Source: Eledone cirrhosa (Eukaryota). Taken from it: DNA of 64,000 nucleotides. The stretch's first letter is position 1, and each line of letters starts with the position of its first letter. The notes under the pieces are model-generated. The model was given only the letters and a program-made list of their open reading frames with translations. It was not told the DNA's origin and did no database searches. Positions 45,727 through 64,000 of this stretch are shown here, piece after piece. The stretch spans positions 173,104,001-173,168,000 of the forward strand of contig OZ024742.1 of assembly GCA_964016885.1 (NCBI GenBank). The letters are read 5' to 3'. A program made the position numbers and the translations under genes.

Positions 45727-46434
45727 AAGAGAGAGAGAGATAGATTTATAGGAAATGAGCCAGGGCCCGAACGGTTGAGCTCGACAGCTAGATCAGTCGA
45801 AACGGCTTTTCCTATTACCTACTCTAGTATCCTAAGTATTGAGTACTTTGGTGCGTTATGGTACACCTGGTATCTTACTACACCCCCTTTGTTATATATA
45901 TACATACATACACACACACACATATATATGTGTGTATGTGTGTGTGTATGTGGGTATGCTATACTCTAATAAAAATGACAGCCAACTTACACAAATCATA
46001 TTGCATTGTTGAAGAGGAAGGAGAACAATACAACGTATAATGTAGTCAGAGTCTTAAAATAAATTGCTATTGTCATGGAATGAAACACTTTGCTTAAAGG
46101 TCTGATCTTTCTGGTGAGCATAGAATAAAGAACATCATCGTCATTATTACCACTATCATCCGTAAAATCAACCACAATTTGTATCGTACTAATATGTAAC
46201 CTTATTCTATCATGATGGAGTTTCAGTGCCGATTGTAAGTGAGAGGTAACCAAGATTTTCGAAATCATATATTTAGTCAATGAAATCCAAAGCTTTGACT
46301 ATTATTTCTTTGCAGCTGTAACGTTACATTTTCAACACCGACTCATTATTTTCTAGTTTGGTGTCAAAATTGATTCATAAAGGAAATAAAAATCAACAAT
46401 CATAAACGAAGTTAGCACTTACTTTTATATATGA

Positions 46435-48103
46435 CTAGCAGATTTACCCGGCGCTGCCCGGGGTTTGAAATTATGCTAAGAATGTACAGCTAGGAAGTAA
46501 AAGAAGAAAATGATTTGTCCCCAACCTCTCAAAATAAGCAGATGTCTTCAATAATGAATGCAAATTAATATTTAGTGCAATCTTTGTAAACATAAAACTA
46601 TGCTGATAATGAAGGAAAACACTGAACAGGATGTAGTTATACAAAGGATTAAAGACAATACACGTTGCAAATCTGTTAAAAAACAGGCAGTTTTGCTAAA
46701 GTACAAAAAATTCTAATGATAGCAGAGTTTTATACAAAAAAAAAAAAAAAATGAGAGTAGAATAAGAGAAAATCTATTCTTTGAGGGCATTCTTCCTGTG
46801 TATGGTTATATTTTGAACTTATAATACAAAATATCCTGCATGATATATTCATTGTTATGTTTTGTAATGAGTAAGGTGAAGTCAAGGCAGAGCTGTAATA
46901 AGTTTTGTTTTGTTCGCACTAAAGCACTTCAGGATAGACGATATTCTTTGTTTTTCTTTTCGCAACAGACGAAAATAGATTATCTCTAGTGCCAACTCGT
47001 GCGCAGGCAACGTAGAATTGTCCGTGCGAAAAGTAAGGTTCATCCAAGTGAATTCCAATGACGGACAGATTTTAACCTTGCGACTTGTTTATGGACATCG
47101 CAAAAGCAACACAAAAGTGAAATTGGGTTCGGCGAAAGGAGAAGGGAGTATCCACACGTGATGTAGTCAGGCTAATTTTTGTTATTATCACATCCTCGCC
47201 TTTTCCACATCCGGAGAGAATGGTAGCCTCAAAACTAAAGTGGAGACAGTTTTTTAACCACAAGGCCTGTACATTTGCATAGTTTTGGAGGAGTGATATT
47301 TTTCAGCAACATAACTGACGTTCCCTCGTTCAGAACCAATATATTAGGAGGTAAACCAGGAGGATTTAAAGAATTTAGAAATTCAACTGGATAATTGACT
47401 GCATCATGTGGATCACATACAGTATCAATAGATTTATATATCCGTGGACATCCAGCAACCTCATGTTTGCCAACCCCTGCTGTGAATCCACCTTCTTCGG
47501 GTCTTCTCCGGCCTTATAGTGGGTATCCGTCATGACCAGTCTGAGTGTCAACATGGCTTATGAAAGTTTAAAAAATGTAAAAGTTGTATGTCCCAAACCT
47601 TTGAATGGAAAGTCCCATAACGATTGTTCTAAAAATAAACAAACCATCATCAAAATCTCGTCAATTCGAGACTGCAGAGAGATTATGCCCTTAACGGGAA
47701 AATTAACACTTAATATAGTGAAACAAGTTAAAACAACAAGTGTTTTTTGAACTTTGAAAGTGCAACAAATAATAAACAAGAAACAAACGATAATATTAGT
47801 GCTTTATCTTCAAATGAATCTGATGTTTATATTTCTGAAAAGTTGGTTATCTCCCTTTTTTATAAGGATTGTCAATAAAAGTGGTTATCTCTCTTACATC
47901 AATATTGCTACCGATAATTTTGATATCGAATTGTTATTGCTCAACGAGGGTCGATTTGAAAAATGTTTGTGATGTGACCATCTTAGCGATCTGTGCAACG
48001 TGTACAGAACATTTGGTCAAATTCGATTGGTAATTTTAACAGCCTTAGGTATCCAAAGTTGTACACAGACACACACACATCCTCGCTTTTATATATATAA
48101 AGA
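46435..48103 (-). mobile_element. Non-autonomous Helitron with Pif1-type helicase remnant (about 46917-47460)
   Basis: Minus strand starts TC(TTTATATATATAAAAG) and ends with hairpin CCCGG-GCAGCG-CCGGG then CTAG, inserted between A and T. Peptide remnants NYPVEFLNSLNPPGLPP, RRTQF..VAFAMSINKSQG, FSHGQFYVACARV, TKNIVYPEVL. Confidence 0.93.
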
Positions 48104-49399
48104 TATTTCTTATTTTTATTTTATTTTTAATTCTGGTTTTAATTTTACTTTCTTGAACAAGGTGTAAACAAGATAAAACCTAGGACTTTAAAATCAAAAA
48201 AGAAGAATATAATATATATTCCATTAATCTAGTAAAGGAAAAACTAATGAATAATATTTCCATTAGAAAATATTGAATGGACATGCTTATTTGCATATAG
48301 TGCAAACTCGGTTATTTATTATAAGTTAATTGCAATAGCTCTAAGACAACTTTCAGCATAATATAGTCCTACATGAAATCATACTTTATGTTTACATAAG
48401 ATGAACGTATGGGATTTTGGCTATCAAAACATATTGAGTGGTTGTTATTGATAGGAGAATGACGAAGCTTGAAACATGACGTCTGTTATTCTCGACTGCA
48501 ACTAAAACACCTGTGACATGATCACAGAGGAAAATAGAGATACATTTTTCATAAGGAAAAAATAATTCATCTTTTATCGCAAGACTACCATATGTTCATT
48601 TTATATAAACATATATTATATAATTCCAAATACACTCCTGTTATGCTTAAGTATGTGTCACTGCCAATTAATAATTCTATTGTTCTTTCCATTGCCGATA
48701 CTTTCTTCCGACAGTAACTCATGTCAGAAGAAGCAAAATGGAATAAGTTACGTTGCTCCGAGAACATAACGTTTTTTTCCAGTAAAGGGATTAATCAAAT
48801 GACCCGATCGTGAGTCTAACATCCTAAACTTCATGCTACACGACTCAACTTGTGTTATACTACGCTCCAATGAGGGAGCACTGCACATCTATAGCTATAA
48901 TAACAATGGGGTTTTAATATTTTTAATATCTTTTAATACTGGCTAAAGATTGGTTTGTACACAACACAATGAAAGCAGCAGCACTAACAATAACACAATA
49001 CAAGCTTCTATTATATCATTGCCCTCATTATTCTAATCACTAACACAACAAACATTCTATAACTTTCTTATTGTAGCACAGATCTAGCATTATATTGATC
49101 TGATAATATCTGATCTAATGATATTTTTAGTTACAGTACAATTATATATAGCTGTAATGCCAATGTCAGTAAATGATATTCAGATCCTCACAATCCACTT
49201 GGGGATACAGATATCAATATTACCCTCAATGCCGTCACTTCCGAGGAGACTTCTATATTGGTGCTTGACCTGCTATATACACATATCCCCCCCCCCCCAC
49301 ACACACACACACGCACACACACACACATATATATATATATATCAACTGAAAAAAGGGAGTTAAAGACTATCTATATATGAGACATTTAAAAAACATCAG

Positions 49400-55720
<6,321 letters not shown>

Positions 55721-56081
55721 TATTCCTTCTAGTGTTCTTAATATCAATGAAATAATGTTTCAACTGTAGGTACAAGGACAGCCATTATCCCATTCCGTTA
55801 GTGGTACTTTATTTTATCGACCACGTAAGGGTGAAAAGCAAAGCTAACCTCAGCAGGATTCTAAATCATAACGTAATGGGCCATAACTCTATGCTTCTAA
55901 TCATGTTGTCTGAATCTTATGATAAAATATTTAAGATTTCTTTTATTTGCAATCAAGGCGATGAATGAGGGGCGAAGACAGGACAATTTTGGGAGTTTTC
56001 AACTTTGTTGTATCAGAAAAGATATGAAAGGAGCAGATAATGAGATTGGACCATCATTCAGTTACCCTATTTGCTTTTTCA

Positions 56082-56154
56082 TGGGAATTGGCTCAGATGA
56101 TAGAACGCTCACTTAGCATGCGAGAGCTACCGGGATCCATGCCTGGATTCTCCA
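56082..56154 (+). tRNA. tRNA-Ala(AGC) pseudogene
   Basis: TGGGAATTGGCTCAGATGATAGAACGCTCACTTAGCATGCGAGAGCTACCGGGATCCATGCCTGGATTCTCCA is collinear with the metazoan tRNA-Ala(AGC) consensus (anticodon 56115-56117). The D-loop GG, T-loop and several stem pairs are mutated. Confidence 0.8.
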
Positions 56155-56170
56155 GAAAAGGATATATTTA

Positions 56171-56392
56171 AGGGCGGTGGATTGGCAGTATCGGTAGAGC
56201 GTCGGGTACCATATTTCGTAGCATATACTTGCCGCCTTTTACGTTCTGAGTTCAAATCCTGCCGAGGTTAGCTTTGCCTTTCATCCCTACGGGGTCGATG
56301 AAATAAAGTACCAGACATGCACTGAAGTCGATTTAATCGACTATCCCCTCCCCTTCAAAATTGCTGGCCTTATGTCTAAATCAGAAACCATT
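56171..56392 (+). mobile_element. Full-length tRNA-derived SINE
   Basis: GGCGGTGGATTGGCAGTATCGGTAGAGCGTCGG...GAGTTCAAATCCTGCCGAGG...CCTTTCATCC...GTCGATTTAATCGACTATCCCCTCCC...AGAAACCATT. Confidence 0.9.
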
Positions 56393-57436
56393 GTATATAA
56401 TATTTGCTAGTCATAACTCCGGGCAGCAGGTGACGCGGTTTCAACACAAACGCGCTGAGACAGAGGAGCTATCGCAAAAAACCTCTTCTAAATCATTAAC
56501 TGTTCGGCCAATCTCAGAAATCTAACTTTATTTCTGACCTCAATGGCATGAAATGAAAGTCGTCTTCTTTGAACTCAGTGCACCGTAGAGCACACAATGT
56601 ACCGAGGAATTCAAATCAACATACTAATGACTCTGCCAATTCGCCGCCTAATTTAACAAAATTGAATTGAATACGAAGAAAACTCCACAGACGAACCATG
56701 CTATGGCGCCAAATCTGATTTTCAACATATTTTCATGAGATGACGAGGAAAACGTCATTAAATCAATTTACTTATACAAACTGTAAAAATTTGGCAGACA
56801 TGATACTGCTCCATGATAAATGCTTTCTCAATTTCATTCGATATCGCCTGAAGTCAACTCTGTCATTCAGTTATCGAAGGTCGATGAAATGAATATGAAC
56901 ACACTGGTATTTTGGCTTGATTCAATCGACTGTACTCATTCAACTATACATGTCGGTCAAAGACATAGTCAAAAGTAATCAATATCATATCATAAAAGAG
57001 TTATACAAATTAAATAACAAATATATGTTCGTCATTTACTATTTAGTTCGTTATTTACTAGAAATTCCCCTCGCCATTGTCACATAATTTGCAGCACAAA
57101 TGTCCTGGGTGTGGAGGGAAGAACTGAATTTAACGATCCGGTTCATTCATGAAATAAACAGCATCATGTCTCGAATCTAGCGTACATTAATCAAATGCCA
57201 ACAGTAGAGTACATTATTACCAAAAAGGTATCTCAAACACATGACATATTCTATCTGGCATTTTTAGAAAGTGTAAAGAAATGCTTGCTATTTGATATGC
57301 AATTTCTATTTATATGTTGACGTGAATTACGAAAATGAAAACACAGTGCATAATAGTTATTTTTCTGAAATTATACTGTAGAAAAAATATAGATGGATAG
57401 GTAAATGTATTATATATAGGTATCAGTCCCTCTTAA

Positions 57437-58912
<1,476 letters not shown>

Positions 58913-58993
58913 GTAGGTCCCGGGTTGAGTCGGGGATAACCACAGTAAGTAAGGTACTCAATACATGGCAGAGTAAAATTGTTTTATTTTATT

Positions 58994-59046
58994 GAGCTTC
59001 CTGAAGATTTCATCTGAATGAAACAGTACTAGTCCTGTAGAAGCTC
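58994..59046 (+). ncRNA. Type I hammerhead ribozyme with a complete stem III
   Basis: GAGCTTC-CTGAAGA-T[TTCA TC TGAA]T-GAAA-[CAG TACTAGTC CTG]-TA-GAAGCTC; perfect 7-bp stem I; lies in an about 170-bp insert between (TA)n tracts. Confidence 0.88.
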
Positions 59047-59064
59047 CTTCTATTAAATAAAATA

Positions 59065-59105
<41 letters not shown>

Positions 59106-59108
<3 letters not shown>

Positions 59109-60021
59109 TTATAATAATCAAAGTTCGGTCTAATCATTTATATGCTTACAATTGTTTCCTCCAAACCGAGGTTTGGAGTCTTCGGACCAATTTATTAATG
59201 AATGATCACATATATGACCTCCTTTTCAACCCAAGAGACATACAGATACATATGCATATATTGTTGCTTGGTTGGTCGACATCCATTATAACATTTAGCG
59301 TGGCAGTATACATTTAAAGATTATATTCATATCAACAGAGGATAAAATTAAAATTAATGTTAAAATACAACATGAAATTAATGCGATAGGATAGTCACAA
59401 GCAGTAAGTGTGTGCAATAGTTATACGTGTGGCAAGCACGTGTGTCTTATCTATAAATATTATAGTGCGGCAGGGTGTTACAAGTAAAACAAGCACTATA
59501 AGCGGGTAAACAATATTATTAAGGGGGTTGTACTGGTAACGTCTCTTTTACATGAATGTTATAGAAGCTTGTGTGTAGAGAAATATTATAAATATAAAAA
59601 ATATTAGAAATGTGTAGCAAAGCGATGATGTGGTTTTCGTGTACAACACTATTTTCACAGTCCGGGGACCGTAGTATCTAGATTATATGCCCCTCACATA
59701 ATCCACGACGATTCAATATTGGACGTTTGATGAATCTGTTAGAATATCGTAGTTTGTTGGTCTTTAGTCCAATATAGCAGGTTGTTTAGTTGCGAGAATC
59801 AACATCGTATTATTTTCCGGAAGTGTGTGTGTGATAAGTGGAGTTAATGCGTAATGGGAGGTAACTCACTGATTTCTGTAACTAAATATTATCCTAATGT
59901 ACATTAAATGGTGTGTCAAAAGTGTCCCTATCTTTTATGGTTATAAACGGTTTCTAAAAATTTAAAGTGTCCTATCTATAATTACGGTGTAGTCTATCAA
60001 GAACTTTGATTATTATAACTT
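59106..60021 (-). mobile_element. Degenerate PLE 3' fragment with short terminal inverted copy and damaged HHR (59143-59189)
   Basis: AAGTTATAATAATCAAAGTTC at 59106 with its reverse complement at 60001. Minus strand: CCGAAGA-[CTCCAAACC TC GGTTTGGAG]-GAAA-CAATTG-TA. Frameshifted FRNRL.NHK / YDIL / RRGLCEG remnants. Confidence 0.6.
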
Positions 60022-60173
60022 ATATATAACTGCTCTGTAAAACAACTGATGTTATTACATTGAGCTATTCATCTTACAGGTAATAAGATAGTAATATATT
60101 ACTGCCTATCACTATTTAGTGTTTGTAAGAATATATATAACTACAAAAGGTTGTTGTATATGCATATCCTTAA

Positions 60174-60253
<80 letters not shown>

Positions 60254-60669
60254 CTGAGTGTATGTGTGTATATGTATGTGTGTGTGTGTGTCAGTGTCTG
60301 TGTCTGTGTCAGTGTCCGTGTCTGTGTCTGTGTGTCTGTGTGTAACAGTTTGAAATTCGAAGATAAACTATCGGGGCGTTGAGTAGATTATAAATCTGAG
60401 GCAACGTAGAAAATACCTGTAACCACAATCGACTGCTATAAAGAAAATATACAAAACATCTACGAAAATACCCGTAGACTGAATAACGTCACTAGCTACC
60501 TCTACTAAGCATCGAGCACCGTAACTCTAAAATTCTACTTGAGTGTTCTAAACTCATTTAGCTCAAAGAACCCTGTCACTTACTTTTCGTCTATTGTACA
60601 TTATCTCTTATAGCATTCGACCGTGGTTATAATTATATTCTGCTTTTGGGATTTCTACATTTTCTGAGA

Positions 60670-60734
<65 letters not shown>

Positions 60735-60828
60735 TAGAGATTTACGTGTACATAAAGTCATAGATATATATGTGGCCACCGGTCACGTTGTGGCTCTATG
60801 AAGAATTAATAAATTAAATAATCAGAGC

Positions 60829-61176
60829 AATATATCATAAATCATGTCCTTAGAATTAATAGATAAAATATATACCATTTCCTCTCCCAATTAGCATAAC
60901 TAACCATATAAAAAATCAATTAGAGCAGGCTATAAGAATAAAAGGCTCCTATGAAGAAATATTTGATAAATAACCGAAAACGGCCTCTTCGCGGTGACCC
61001 CAATAGAGTATTTATCCAACAGTCAACAGCATGTAGAAACTGACTAAATATACCGTCAACCATACACAATTAGGTGTACATTTAATTGATTTTTTATATG
61101 GTTAATTATGCTAATTGAGAGTGGAAATGGTATATATTTTATCTAATACTTCTAAGGACTACATTTATGATATATA
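60829..61176. repeat. Fold-back element (arms about 60829-60922/61083-61176) beside (TA)n
   Basis: Reverse-complement arms; short direct repeat GGCTC(C)TATGAAGAA at about 60792 and 60944. Confidence 0.8.
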
Positions 61177-61179
61177 TAT

Positions 61180-61228
<49 letters not shown>

Positions 61229-61397
61229 CGGGGTAACAAATTATTGTTATAGGTAGTCCACTTAAGTGTAGTCCAGTTATGGTACTCCGGGTAGTGGATG
61301 ATATCAACGCTTGGCTAAGTTTGATTCAACAAGGCGTTTCCATAGTGATGTTGCGAGTACGCTGTAATTCCTATGTTGTAAACACTTGTAGTAATGA

Positions 61398-61714
61398 TAA
61401 ATCAGGAAAGAAGAGTGACACGGTTTGCTATACAAAATAGATTTTTAATCTCATTGCTGACACTTGTTTCTCTGAACTGGTAGGTCTAGAGATCGCTAAC
61501 CGCTTGTTTTCACGTTATTCGATCTCCAATACAAAGTTATAACCATTCAATTCATCGGAGCTTGTGACTGGTTATAACTTTGTATTGGAGATCGAATAAC
61601 GTGAAAACAAGCGGTTAGCGATCTCTAGACCTACCAGATCAGAGAAACAATTGTCAGCAATAAGATTAAAAACCTTTTTTGCATAGCAAACCGTGTCACT
61701 CTTCTTTCCTGATT

Positions 61715-61716
<2 letters not shown>
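61398..61716. repeat. Fold-back element (arms 61398-61545/61569-61716)
   Basis: Near-perfect reverse-complement arms; hammerhead 3' half GAAA-CAATTG-TC-AGCA at 61644-61659 with a degenerate 5' core. Confidence 0.88.
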
Positions 61717-61750
<34 letters not shown>

Positions 61751-61882
61751 AAAACGTTTAACCCCGATGGCTGAACTCTGCCGTAGGGGTTAAACATTTT
61801 CATATTACCCACTCTACTACCCTAAGTATTGAGTACTCTGGTGAGTTATGGTCCATCTGGTTCCTTACCACACCTCCTTCGT

Positions 61883-61913
<31 letters not shown>

Positions 61914-62044
61914 GTGAGGTTTTTTTTACTAAATGAAAAATAACCGAGGTGTCCTACACGAGTGAAAGTATAAAGAAAAAGAGATGAAATCGAAAATGCA
62001 ACTGGAGTCTTATTTTTTTTAAATATATATATATTTATTTGGTT

Positions 62045-62082
62045 CCTTTACCGGTTTCGCAGTTCTTCTGCTTTTCAAAAGG
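62045..62082 (-). ncRNA. Minimal hammerhead-like motif with U3-A8 variant core
   Basis: CCTT-TTGAAAA-[GCAG AAGAA CTGC]-GAAA-CCGG-TA-AAGG. Confidence 0.7.
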
Positions 62083-62442
62083 TGAGTTGAGATGGAGGGT
62101 CTGTGGTTTTTCTCACATCTGGTTGGTCTCTGAATGTTACTTGTTTTATATGGAAAAAGTGGCTCGAAATGCCAGGTTTTTCGAGAAGTAATTTGATTGG
62201 TTTGTCAATAATTATAATAAATTTTGCGCTAGTTCGCGTTACAATAGTTCTTCAAATAAGAGGGGGGGGGGGGGTGTCACATGTTGTTTTTTCATATATG
62301 AGTGTTTGAATTTCTTTTTACTTGAAAAAGAAGGCTCACGAAGGCTTTTTTGGGGTTGGTTATAAATTAAATTATGGCTGTCACGTGAATATATATATAC
62401 GATATTAACCAAATGGAAACTATATTATAAAACCATATTTAT

Positions 62443-62502
62443 TTCAATATACATATTTCAGGGATACCATATTAAAAATATGGCATGCCTTCGTCAGATA
62501 AA
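62443..62502 (-). ncRNA. Type I hammerhead ribozyme inside fold-back 62392-62610 (family of 20330-20480)
   Basis: TTTAT-CTGACGA-[AGGCATGCCATATT TTT AATATGGTATCCCT]-GAAA-TATGTA-TA-TTGAA; first stem I pair mismatched. Confidence 0.7.
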
Positions 62503-62689
62503 TACAATATATAAACAGTTTTATAAATAATTTTGACGTACCATATTATAAGCGACCATTAAATATGGTTTTATAAATATAGTTTCCATTTCGTTAATAT
62601 CGTATATATACTCCAAAATCTTGTCGAGTGCTTTATATCAGTTATAAAATATTTAATTGTTGTAACCCAACAATTTTAAATAAAATATT

Positions 62690-62737
<48 letters not shown>

Positions 62738-62751
62738 TATATATATATATG

Positions 62752-62820
<69 letters not shown>

Positions 62821-62821
62821 G

Positions 62822-62913
<92 letters not shown>

Positions 62914-63453
62914 GTGCCTTTCGTTTGTATTTTTATTTTATAATCGTCTGTCAACTTAAACATTTCCATCGTATATAGTGACATACACACAGCTTTAAAC
63001 AGTTGTTGTTCATACCCCTACAAACATACGTAAATTAATATGGGTTAGAACACCCTTTCTTTGATGGATTATGATGGAAATGCCAGTGTTCCACGGTCTT
63101 GTTTAATCATTAGACTATTGTTATATTTAGCTTGTGTTCAGTCTTTATTGAAGAGAATTATGAACAAACAATTTTAATAGGTACCACTTCTGAAAGTAAC
63201 ATTCTCGGCAGCACTCTTCATTTAGTTTCAAGGTACTATGGTGAATATAATACAAGTTGACTTCCATTTCTAGCAAGAAAAAAGACCATGTTAATTTTTT
63301 CGGGACATTCTTAGGGAGAAATGTCTTTGGATCACATTTGTATTTAGCCAGTCTTGAAATTAAATTGCTTTGCCTTATTTTCAACTATATGTATGTTATA
63401 TTCATGTAATATTATAACTTGCTATATCTGTGATATAGATATAACATAATATA

Positions 63454-63653
63454 ATGGTTTCTTATGTAGGCACAAGGCCAGCAATGTTGGGATAGCGGAA
63501 AGTCGATTAAATCTACTGGTACTTTATTTTATCGACCTCGTAAGGATGAATGGTAAAGTTAACCTCTGCAGGATTTGATCTCAGCATGGCAAGTCCGTAA
63601 CTCTATGCTGTAAAGCTTGGTATCCGACCCTCTACCGATACTGCCAATCCACC
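63454..63653 (-). mobile_element. tRNA-derived SINE
   Basis: Reverse complement of GGTGGATTGGCAGTATCGGTAGAGGGTCGG...CATCCTTACGAGGTCGATAAAATAAAGTACCAG. Further partial copies at about 25080, 54586, 55404 and 55760. Confidence 0.88.
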
Positions 63654-64000
63654 AATATAACAAACGCATGGATTCTAAGCTTGATAGGTTAATGACCAAC
63701 ATTAAGAAATATAGTATTTCCGCTCCATAAGCTAAGTTTCCTATTGCATCAACAGGAAAAATAGCTTATAATCTCCGGTAGAGTTATATATGTATCTTAT
63801 CTATTATAGAGCTTTCAAATGTTCATTCATTATTAAATCATATCTAGATATAATCACTCGGTTAAATAACACTTTTCAAGGATTTCTAACTAAATATCAT
63901 GTAATCACAGGTTGTTACACATTTAGAACGTTGGTAAATATTAAGATGCAAGTTGATAATACATATTTATACTTGTATGTATATGTGTGAATATATATAT

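Overview
AT-rich animal genomic DNA saturated with microsatellites and repeats. It is probably a mollusc/cephalopod (Octopus-like), inferred from the SINE family and repeat landscape. No intact host gene is evident, and almost all listed ORFs are (TA)n, (CA)n or trinucleotide artefacts. Recognisable content: (1) a young CR1/L2-group LINE at 1-2516 (-), with a CCCH-finger ORF1 and an ATG-less ORF2 opening in the -1 frame at a U_UUU_UUA slippery site; (2) a near full-length Penelope-like element (PLE; RT plus C-terminal GIY-YIG) at 7887-12100 (-), with a hammerhead ribozyme (HHR) in each pseudo-LTR; (3) an internally deleted mariner, a Helitron remnant, RTE fragments (one with a twin-priming inversion), about 15 tRNA-derived SINEs and a tRNA-Ala(AGC) pseudogene; (4) possible scattered remnants of a decayed polycystin-like gene (low confidence). 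The most striking signal is a dense population of short non-coding elements from many unrelated sequence families, almost all sitting in (TA)n tracts. They are built as fold-back inverted repeats and/or terminally redundant monomers. Many carry minimal type I HHRs with palindromic stem III (about 10 plausibly intact and about 9 degenerate motifs in 64 kb), including a U3-A8 compensatory core variant. This looks like a PLE-mobilised, (TA)n-targeting, ribozyme-bearing retroelement ecosystem. All folds and alignments were read by eye; no computation or database search was run.
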